DNA of 63,638 nt, the filler included. It is 7 parts of 7 records of this genome, joined end to end, with 100 filler letters (N's around TTAATTAATTAA, not from the genome) between each part and the next. Parts side by side here need not be neighbours in the genome. Positions count along the whole stretch, not along the records: positions 1 to 12,730 come from DRR723986_18481; 6 more parts are not named here. One strand, given 5' to 3'. The notes beneath the pieces were generated by a model, which was given only the letters and a program-made list of their open reading frames with translations, was not told where the DNA came from and made no database searches. Position numbers and translations under genes: made by a program. Numbering within the stretch: the stretch's first letter is position 1; the number at the start of each line of letters is the position of its first letter. Shown here piece by piece: positions 1 to 9,600 of this stretch.

Positions 1-47
1 TCCCTGAGCCGAGTTATCCCTGAGCCGAGTCATCCCTGAGCCGATTA
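1..47. repeat. 16-bp tandem repeat TCCCTGAGCCGAGT(T/C)A, about 3 copies, cut by the window start
   Basis: Units at 1-16, 17-32 and 33-47 (last is 15 nt and overlaps the stop of the SASA gene); minus strand reads (CUCGG)CUCAGGGA repeats. Confidence 0.9.
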
Positions 48-1295
48 TCGCAAAGCCTCAGCGAAAGCCTTGCCGATGCGAGTCATGATTTTTGCAGAAC
101 CTAGATAGTGGTAAGCCGCGTTGGAGGGGCCAACCTCCAAGATCTGTAGCTCGCCGGATGTGAACTCGCCAGCACGCAGCAACTCCAGAATCTTCTGCTG
201 CAGTGCGTTGCCCTTGAGCTGGGAAAGGGATTCTTGCTCCGCCTCGCTTAGCTCGCGGCCTAGTCCCTCTTCGGTTTCAAGTTGTTTGGCGTCATAATTC
301 TTGGATAACTGTCGGGCTTTTCCTTTCAGTTTGTTATCGCGGTCTACGATATCATTCAGCTCTGCGTCCCAAGCCTCTTCCGTGAGAACAGCGTGGACGT
401 TGCCTGAGAACTCGGGAGACTTTGCAGGGGCCGCCATTGCGTCGCGGAATCCTTGGTGCACCTTCAGGTAACGCTGCTGGCTTGGTCCATAATCCTCTGT
501 CGGGCCGTTGACGCCCATGACACCGATTACAAATGGTAACTCCGGAGCGTTCAGGTCACGACGAAAATCACGAATCAAGTGCTCGAGAACTTTGGAGTAG
601 TCGTCGTAGCCGCCCGCTTCGCCGCGATTGGGATATGTAGTCGAATCAACCATGTCATTCCAGCCTTGAAACCAGACTAGACCTGCAAGCTCGTAACCGT
701 CTTCGGGCGAGTATGCAGGGTGTACTGATTCAATGCGACGCAAAACGTCCTTCACGTGTTCGATGGTCTGTCGATAATACACGCCGGTTGCTTCGTCCCG
801 CTTCCGCTTTACTTCGTCAATATCTTTTCCCTGCTTCTCCATCCGCTCCAGGGAATCAGGATGGAACACATACGGCCCAGCACTAGGCGGACGAAAGTCC
901 GTGTTGATACTCTTTCCGCCCCAAGCAGCCTTGATGATTAAGATCGGTTCACCAATTTGCTCTTGTGCCACGATCCCAAAAGTGAGCTCTGGTCCGATTT
1001 TTTCATCGTTGGCGCCGAAGCCGACCGTGAGCTTCCCTTCCTTAACACCGCCAGCCGACAGATAAGAGATACGAATGTCGTCGTACTCTCGATAGGTTTC
1101 ATCGCTGTTCTGAATTTTGGCAAGCAATTCCTTTGAAGCATCGTCCATTTGCAGGTGCGCGAGAGTGCGTACGTGAGCGTGGCCCTGCATGTTGGATTGC
1201 CCGACGAGGATAAACACCTTCATCGGTGCTTCCGCTGACGCTCTCGAGCCAGCGAAAAGGGCGTAGATTCCGATCAACAGGATAACACGGTACAT
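45..1295 (-). CDS. Secreted sialate O-acetylesterase / SASA-family (SGNH) carbohydrate esterase
   Basis: GQSNM, GPELTFG, KAAWGG, WFQGWND and C-terminal YHY motifs; signal peptide MYRVILLIG...ASA from ATG 1295 (track ORF starts 1388). Confidence 0.8.
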   Translation of the reverse strand: MYRVILLIGIYALFAGSRASAEAPMKVFILVGQSNMQGHAHVRTLAHLQMDDASKELLAKIQNSDETYREYDDIRISYLSAGGVKEGKLTVGFGANDEKIGPELTFGIVAQEQIGEPILIIKAAWGGKSINTDFRPPSAGPYVFHPDSLERMEKQGKDIDEVKRKRDEATGVYYRQTIEHVKDVLRRIESVHPAYSPEDGYELAGLVWFQGWNDMVDSTTYPNRGEAGGYDDYSKVLEHLIRDFRRDLNAPELPFVIGVMGVNGPTEDYGPSQQRYLKVHQGFRDAMAAPAKSPEFSGNVHAVLTEEAWDAELNDIVDRDNKLKGKARQLSKNYDAKQLETEEGLGRELSEAEQESLSQLKGNALQQKILELLRAGEFTSGELQILEVGPSNAAYHYLGSAKIMTRIGKAFAEALR

Positions 1296-1552
1296 GTTCA
1301 GTGCCTTGTGGATTAGCAGCGGCGGGATGTCTCTGGGATTGTTCATCATACAGGCTGCGGCTGTCCAGGTGCCAACGTCGGCAAGCAACGCTTGAGCACA
1401 GCCCGAAAGAAGCCTTTCGAGGGAAACAGAAGTTTCGGCGATTTCTGAGAATCTTGTGAGCTTTGACCAAAGTTGTCACGCGGGTGCTGATACTTAATTG
1501 TGTCAGGGGTCGGCAACCTGCAAAACACTTCACGATCAGCCGCAGCAACACT

Positions 1553-1564
1553 TTCAGGGAAGAA
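1553..1564 (+). promoter_or_regulatory. Putative CsrA-binding hairpin over the csrA ribosome-binding region
   Basis: TTC-AGGGAA-GAA: 3-bp stem with ANGGAN hexaloop, 7 nt before the ATG at 1572. Confidence 0.5.
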
Positions 1565-1571
1565 CGCAAAG

Positions 1572-1784
1572 ATGCTAGTACTAAGCAGAAAAGTTGGCGA
1601 GAAGCTCGTTATTGGTGACAATGTGACCGTTGAAATCGTCCGCATTAAAGGCAATCGAATCACTTTGGGAGTGACCGCCCCCAGTGATGTCAAAATTCTC
1701 CGTGGCGAACTTCAGAAGCACCCAGTCGAGCCCGTGAAGATCGAAATGATCGTTGAAGATGGCGTGCTGCAGGCCGCTTGCTAG
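1572..1784 (+). CDS. csrA: Carbon storage regulator CsrA/RsmA family
   Basis: MLVLSRKVGEKLVIGDNVTVEIVRIKGNRITLGVTAPSDVKILRGEL is the classic CsrA signature; 70 aa. Confidence 0.92.
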   Translation: MLVLSRKVGEKLVIGDNVTVEIVRIKGNRITLGVTAPSDVKILRGELQKHPVEPVKIEMIVEDGVLQAAC

Positions 1785-1829
1785 TCAATCGCAGATGGCC
1801 TTTGCTGCCAGAGTATCTTGGGCAATCCG

Positions 1830-3506
1830 CTAGGGGGACGACGCCGCTTCCGGTGACGCAGGCCCTGAAGACTCTGGCGGTGCGGTAACGCGAATCGTCT
1901 TGGCGGCAACGAACCATTCGTCTTGGGATTTTAGGCTAGCGCGAACAACATAAGTGCCGCGCCTAAGTCCTGCCGGGATTTCAAGCTCAAAGACGTCTTG
2001 CCCTGCTTGGGCCGTTCCCGAAAGGATTGAGATTGTTCTCGAATTAGCACTCTCATATCGCGCCTGATACGCGGCCAAACCATCGGCGCTCTCTGAGTCG
2101 ACTTTGAAATCTCGCAAATCACGACGGTTCGCAGCTCGACGATAGACCAGTTCGATGTCATAGTCGCCCGCGTCAGCGGCAGTGAACGACACGCTGAGTT
2201 TCTGACCGGCAGTGACAGAATCTGCAACATTCAATTCCAGTGGTTTTGGATGAGCAAGATGCAGCGTCGGGTCTCCGAGCAACTGAACTTGCCACGCATG
2301 CTCGCGCCGTTCTTCCAACAGTGAATAGCCTTTCGGCGAAAGAGCCTGTGCAATCGCGCCGATCATGTTCAAGTTCTGATCCTGTCGACTGGCCAAGGTT
2401 GCATCATCGACCAGCATCTTACGCTTGGCTTGCTGAAGAACTTCACCAAGCGTTGGAAGTCGATCGATGTAGTAGCCGTTGAGCATTCCGTCAGAGAGCA
2501 TCGCCAGTCCGTAAGGTCCGGAAACCCGCGACGCAGCTATGGCAGCGATGGGACCGTGTGGGCTGAGCACCATTCGTTCGGCAAGTGAGTCTTCTATGGC
2601 ATCGCATGCACCGGTATAGCACGCCAGGAAGACGGCAATTGGCACTTGTCGCTGCTGTGCCAGTCGAGGCAGGTCGTCGGTCGTCATGATCGGAAAGCCC
2701 TCAGGGCCAACCCGCATGTAGTCGAGTGTTTTGACGTGGCCATGACCGATGTAGACCCAAAACGTTCCACCTTCGTTGAATCGAGACATGGTAGCCGTCG
2801 AGAACTCGCGAGGATTCGGGCAATACGCGCTTCCCAGGCTAGCTTGGGTCATTGTCACCCGCGACCACAGCGGAATGCGGTCGCTCAAGAACTTCTTGGT
2901 GGTGCCCTCAATGACCGCATCTGCCATCACGCCAAATCCGCCGACTCCCGCAACGACGTGAACGTTCCGCCGCCACGCCGAAAAATCGCGGGACTGCTCA
3001 TAGTCGAGTACGCGACGAAGGTATTGATGCAGTTCATCGCTTGTCGAAGCAGAAACGCGACCAATGGCTGCATCGGGAGTGTCGTCGCCGTCGAAATCAG
3101 CGTAGTCGTTGTCTGTTGCGATCGTCTTGTCGCCGCGGAACTGAACCATTGCTGTGCTATTGTGGTAGAAAGTTGGAATTCCTTTTCCAGGCTCTCCCTC
3201 AATGTCACCGGCCAATAGAACAAACTTCTGCGTCGCCGAAGAGGCTTCGCATACGGTCTTTATAGTAGCTTGGATGGCGGTACGGCTTTGCTGCGAGTCG
3301 ATTTCAGCAACCGTGTACCCTCGACGCTCACGATCTGTTCGCCAGTCGTCCAGAGCGTTTGCCCAGTCATTGGGCCTGACAACGACGACTAAGCGATCAC
3401 TGGCTGCGGCGTCATCTTGCGCCCGAAGAAGAGCTTGTGGAACCAGTGGAAGGGCTAGTGCTAACAGGACCTGCATGCTGCGCAGGCTTTTCATCCGTGC
3501 AATCAT
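1830..3506 (-). CDS. Secreted C25 (gingipain-like) cysteine peptidase with C-terminal Ig-like region
   Basis: FVLLAGD, DxDYAD, IGRV, YIGHG (His) and FLACYTG (Cys), LLGDP motifs; signal peptide; start chosen at ATG 3506. Confidence 0.85.
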   Translation of the reverse strand: MIARMKSLRSMQVLLALALPLVPQALLRAQDDAAASDRLVVVVRPNDWANALDDWRTDRERRGYTVAEIDSQQSRTAIQATIKTVCEASSATQKFVLLAGDIEGEPGKGIPTFYHNSTAMVQFRGDKTIATDNDYADFDGDDTPDAAIGRVSASTSDELHQYLRRVLDYEQSRDFSAWRRNVHVVAGVGGFGVMADAVIEGTTKKFLSDRIPLWSRVTMTQASLGSAYCPNPREFSTATMSRFNEGGTFWVYIGHGHVKTLDYMRVGPEGFPIMTTDDLPRLAQQRQVPIAVFLACYTGACDAIEDSLAERMVLSPHGPIAAIAASRVSGPYGLAMLSDGMLNGYYIDRLPTLGEVLQQAKRKMLVDDATLASRQDQNLNMIGAIAQALSPKGYSLLEERREHAWQVQLLGDPTLHLAHPKPLELNVADSVTAGQKLSVSFTAADAGDYDIELVYRRAANRRDLRDFKVDSESADGLAAYQARYESANSRTISILSGTAQAGQDVFELEIPAGLRRGTYVVRASLKSQDEWFVAAKTIRVTAPPESSGPASPEAASSP

Positions 3507-3642
3507 TGATGGGCAATCCTTTTCCACGAATACTTCGTGACGGGCGAAAACACCAGCGACATACGCTATGGACACGCGGCAGCGGTCCGAACAGCGATCC
3601 AAACCACGATTTTCGATGTCGATGCAGGGACCTGCGGCAGTG

Positions 3643-6600
3643 CTATTTCGTCACGCCCTCTTTGCTGACAAACTCTTTATGCGTTGACAATAGTTTACGC
3701 ACTGACGGATCGCGAGGTTGTTGCAACGCGGTAAATGCGATCTGAATCTGCTCTTCGTCATCACCGCGTTTGGTGATCTGAACGGGCATCGGCAGCGAAT
3801 CCTTGAGGTCACCTGGGTCGTAGCCCTTCGGTCCGTTCAGAACCGCGACTAATCCCTCTGGCCGCTTGGTGTGCAGGATAATCCAAGGCTGTTTCTCGCC
3901 AGGCAAAATGTAACGAGCTGTGGTTTGTTCGTCCCAACGCCAACGACCGCCACCGGCGGACTGGTGGATCGCCTGGATGAATACACTTAGCGTTTCAGCG
4001 GGCCAAACAATGTCTTGCCCCGGTGGGAAGCCCTTTCGCAAAGAGTGCCAGCGTTGCTTGAGCACCTTCCACGGCATGCTCTTCTTCGGGTCTGTAACTG
4101 CGGGAAGGTCTGAAGCGACTGGTTCTGGTGCACTGCGTGGCTTACCGAGGAACGCGAATGCAGCATCTTCGAGCCATGACCAGAACTTTTGCGTGTCCAT
4201 TTCTTCCAACGTATGAGCTCGGATCTCAAGCTCCATCCAACTGCCTGTTGCTTTGGCACTGACGCGAGAATCGTTGCCGTAAATCTGCACGGCTTCGAGT
4301 TGGTTGAGTGTGCCCAGCTTCACAACCGATGTGAGTTCGGCCTTGGTGAATGCTCGGCGTGGGATGCGGAACTTCAATTGCAACAGCCATGTTTCAGCAG
4401 TGATGGCGTGGAAGAACCAACCGCGACTCTTCACTTCACCGCGAATCTCAACGACGCTCCGATTGTCCCAGTTGGTTGGTGAGAAGCCTTCAATCTTTTC
4501 GAGGTGATCCACGATCTTGGTCAGGATTTCGCGTTCCCATTTAATCGCGCCTCCCGCCCGATCTACGCTTTCTTCGGTGTGCCACTTGCGGCCGTCTTTC
4601 TGCCATGGCAGGAGTGTATCGCGGCCGATTTGATCCAGTTCGATATCACCCTCTTGCTCCTTGGTGAGCTCCTCAGAGGTGAATGTTTCTCGTTCTTGGT
4701 ACTCGACTGCTTCCATGGCGATGATCAAAGCTTCGCCAGTGTGGCTTCTCAGCAATGGACGCTTGGGGCGTGTCTTCTTGGCAGGCGCCTTTTTCTTTGT
4801 CGTCTTGCTCTTACTTGCCTTATCAAAGGCAGCTTTCGCCTCACGGGAGTGTTCAACTAGCTCTTCGGGAGTTCCCGAGAAGACGATTTCTCCGCCACCG
4901 GCTCCAGCCTCAGGGCCCAGGTCGAGGACGAAGTCGGCCGCCTTGATGACATCCAAGTTGTGCTCCACGACCACGACCGTATTGCCCAGGTCGACCAACC
5001 GCTGAGTCACCTCGAGCAGTTTGATAATGTCGGCAAAGTGGAGTCCAGTCGTCGGCTCGTCGAGTAGATAGAAAGTCTTTCCGGTGTCAGGCCGCGACAG
5101 TTCCGCCGCCAGTTTCACCCGCTGTGCTTCACCACCGGAAAGCGTTGGCGCGGACTGCCCAAGAGAAACATAGTCTAGGCCGACATCGACGAGTGTTTGC
5201 AGTGTTCGACGGATCTTGGGGATGTTCTGGAATACCTCAAGGGCTTGGCCCATCTGCATTTCAAGAATGTCGTGGATCGAATGTCCGTGGTACGTTACCG
5301 ACAGCGTTTCTTCGTTGAAGCGGCGTCCACCACAACTATCACATTGCACCCAAACGTCCGGCAAGAAGTGCATTTCGATGCGAATCTGACCATTCCCTTC
5401 GCATTTCTCACAACGTCCACCGGGGACGTTAAACGAGAACTGACGAGGCGTGTAGCCAAGAGCCCGGGCGTCGGGCAATTGGGAATAGAGTTGCCGAATC
5501 AGATCAAAGACTCCGGTGTAAGTCGCTGGAGTCGAACTTGGATTCGAACCAATGGGGCTCTGATCAACACGGATGACTTTGTCGATCAGTTTCGTTCCTT
5601 CAATCGAATCGAACAGAGTCTTCTTGGTGTTTTGCTTTGCCAGACGCTTCGACATCGCCGGGTAGAGCACTTGATTGACGAGCGTACTTTTTCCACTGCC
5701 ACTGGGACCAGTGATAACACTCAAGCACCCCAGAGGAATGTCGGCGTTTACCTTTCTCAAGTTGTTGGCTCGCGCGCCCTTTAAGCTGATCCAGCCCTTG
5801 TCTGGTGTGCGGCGTTTCGCCGGAACCGGGATTTTTTTCTTCTCGCTTAAGAATGGACCGGTGACACTTGTTCGGCTGCGAGCAAGTTGCTTTGGTGTTC
5901 CTTCGGCAACTAGTTCTCCACCGCCGCGACCGGCTGCTGGTCCAAAATCGTAGACCCGGTCGCTATGCTCGATAACGTCTCGGTCGTGCTCAACAACCAA
6001 GAGGGTGTTGCCAATATCACGCAGCTTCTTCAGAGCGCCGATCAGTCGATCGTTATCGCGCGGGTGCAAGCCGATGGTTGGTTCGTCCAGCACGTACAGT
6101 ACGCCGCACAGACCGCTACCGAGTTGGCTGGAAAGACGGATACGCTGCGATTCGCCACCAGAGAGCGTGTTGGCGGCTCGCGAAAGTGTCAAATAATCCA
6201 ACCCGACGTCGAGCAGAAACTCGGTGCGGGCAAGAAGCTCACGAACAAGCTCTCCAGCGATTTGCTGCTCGCGTTTGGTTAGCTTCCACCCCTTCATGGT
6301 CTCATGCAACCAACTCAGGGTTCCCTGAGTAATGTCACCAATGGTCAAGTCGCGGAATCGTGCACTGCCGGCATCAACGTTCAGTCGAGAGCCATCGCAG
6401 GCCGAACAAGCTACTTCGGCAACAAACGGGCTCAACTGATTGCGAAGCTTCGAACTCAAACGGGCCGCGTGATCCAGCGCGGGAAACAATCCCTTCCACT
6501 GGAATTCAAACTCAATTCCGCGCGCGTTTTCCGCGACGAACCAACGTTCCCCAGTGCCATGCAGAATTGACCGCCGCTGCCCGACGCTCAATTGTCCGGT

Positions 6601-9600
6601 CGGAACGTCCATCGGAATTCCAATTGCCTTGCACATGGATTCCAACATTGGTTTGGCCAGATCGGTGACCGGCATTTCCGACCCGGAATCCTTCTCCAGA
6701 GCGGGCCACATGCGGATAGCACCGTCGCGCAACGAGAGATCCGTATCCATCAGTAGCGCTGGACTGGTACCGGTCTGCGTGCCCAATCCTTCGCAGTCCG
6801 GGCACCAACCAAGTGGCGAGTTGTAGGAGAATGAGTGTGGCGTGAGTGGTTGGATGCTGTATCCACAGTTGCGACAAGCCAAGTGTTGGCTATGACGAAC
6901 GCTCTTCCAGTGCACTTCGTCAATGTCGTCACGCGGCTCGATGGCAAACAGATTCCCACCACCGAGTGAAAGGGCCAGTTCGACACTCTCCGAAATTCTA
7001 CTACGACTTGCTTCTGAGACGGTGATACGATCAATGACCGCTTCGATGTCGTAGCTGATCGTGGATGATAGGGCCGGGACGTTGTCGAGCGTATGTGTTT
7101 TGCCGTTGACCCGAACCCGTACCAGACCACTTGTACGCAAGTCTTGCCACAAGTTTTCAGGGTCATGATTGGGTTGCCACTGCAACGGAGCGGTCAACAC
7201 TAATCGCGTGCCTTCCTCGTGCGCCAGCAAGTGGTTGGTGATATCGTCCGCAGATTGATTGGTGACGGGTTGTTCACATTCGGGGCAGTGTGGTTCTGCT
7301 AGCCGAGCCATCAAGACGCGCAAGTAGTCGTAGATTTCGGTGACGGTCCCGACGGTGCTTCGCGGGTTGTGCGCTACAGTCTTTTGTTCAATCGCGATCG
7401 CAGGAGCCAAGCCATCGATGCGGTGGACATTCGGCTTGGGCATCTGCCCAACGAATTGCCTTGCATAGGACGACAGGCTTTCCACGTATCGCCGCTGCCC
7501 CTCGGCGTAGATCGTATCCATGGCCAGCGAACTCTTGCCACTTCCACTAGGTCCGCAGAAAACGGTCAGTGAGTGGTGAGGGATGTCGAGCGTGACGTCC
7601 TTCAGGTTGTGCTCAACCGCATTTTCAACACGTACGGTTGATGGCAAGGTGGTTGCGGGGCCTTTCTTCTTGCCTGCTGGGGCCTTCTTGGTTGAAGTGG
7701 TCTTCTTGGCCTTGGATGGCTTGATGGGTTCAGCAGAAATGTGCTTTGCAAGCGATGCACCGGTGTAGGATTCTTCTACGTCGACGATGTCCTTTGGCTG
7801 CCCAGCGAAGACCACTCGACCGCCGCCCTTTCCGCCTTCAGGACCAATGTCGATCAACCAATCCGCGGCTTTGATGACATCCAAATTGTGCTCGATAACC
7901 AGCACTGTGTTTCCACGGTCCACCAAGTCCTGCAGGACTTTCAGCAGCAACCGGATATCGTGGAAGTGCAAGCCAGTCGTCGGTTCGTCGAGCAGATAGA
8001 GCGTTTGCCCCGTGTCCTTTCGCGCCAATTCCTTCGCGAGCTTGATTCGTTGAGCTTCACCACCGGAAAGGGTCGGCGAGGGCTGCCCCAGCTTGATGTA
8101 GTCCAACCCAACGCTGTGCAGAGTTTTCAGCTTGTCAGCAATCTTGGGTACGTTTTCAAACAGATCGAGTGCCTGCTGAATGTCCATTTCAAGGACGTCT
8201 GCGATTGAGCAATCCTTGAATTTGACTTGCAGGGTTTCGTGGTTGTAACGTTTTCCGTCACATACAGGGCATCGCACCCAGAGATCGGCTAAGAAATCCA
8301 TCTCCAAGCGATTTGAGCCGTTGCCCTCACACGCTTCACATCGACCACCGGCCACGTTGAAGCTGAATCGCCCAGCCTGGTAGCCACGTCGCTTAGCCTC
8401 CGGCAGTTCAACAAACAGGTTGCGGATCTCGTCAAACACTTTGACGTAAGTCGCTGGATTACTTCGTGGAGTTCGTCCGATCGGCGATTGATCAATGGCG
8501 ATGACTTTATCGAGGTGTTCGATTCCTTCGACGCTGTCATGAAGGCCAGGCATGTCCTCGGCAGCGTGCAGCTTCCTGCGTAGGACTGGAACCAAGATCT
8601 CATTGATCAACGAACTCTTGCCCGATCCACTGACTCCCGTCACGCAAACAAGTTTGCCCAGTGGGACGTCAACATCGACGTTCTTGAGATTGTTTTGCCT
8701 TGCACCGGTGACTCGAATGACGTCTCCGGTTCCTTCGCGAGCCGCGTCCGGGACAGGAATTTGCGCGGTGCCGGACAAAAACTGTCCAGTCAAACTGCGC
8801 TCGCTGCCAGCAAGTTCACTGAGCGTGCCGCAGGTGACAATCTCACCACCGCGCACGCCGGGGCCAGGACCGAAGTCGACGATCAGGTCCGCCGCTCGCA
8901 TGGTGTCCTCGTCGTGCTCAACGACAAGTAACGAGTTGCCTTGATCACGCAGCGCTTTAAGTGAATCGATCAGCCGATCGTTGTCGCGCGGGTGGAGTCC
9001 AATCGATGGCTCGTCAAGTACGTACAGCACACCCGCCAAACCAGCTCCAATCTGGCTAGCCAAGCGAATCCGCTGCGCCTCACCACCGGAGAGCGACGGC
9101 GCGGAACGTCCGAGCGTCAAGTAATCGAGGCCGACGTTCAACAGGAACTGAAGACGATTGGTGACTTCGCGGACGGCCTCCGATGCAATCCTTTGGTCGA
9201 TGTCGGTCAGCTCTAGACCGCGTAGATACTCCAAGCATTGATCAATCGGCAAATCGCACAGTTGCGGTAGGTTGAGCCATGCGTCAGCACCTTCAATGGT
9301 CGCCTTGGATTCCAATCGCAAGAACAGTGCTTGTCGTCCGAGACGCTGGCCACCGCAGGCACCGCAGTCGCGGCGTTCCATGTATTTTTCGAATCGCTTT
9401 CGACCAGATGCACTCTTGGTGCCTTTGTACTGCTCCATCAACTGCGCAACGATGCCGTCGAAAGTACCGCCGTACTTCATCGGCTTGCTGCCGCCACTCC
9501 ACGTAAACGTGATGTGTCGCTGACCAGCTCCATACAACCACTCGTGCTGTACCTTTTCAGGCAGTTCCTTCCATGCAGTCGTTAGGCTTTCACCGGCTTC

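Noticed and set aside
1-47. Repeats as a CRISPR array
   Set aside because: Units are 16 bp and directly adjacent with no spacers; no cas genes
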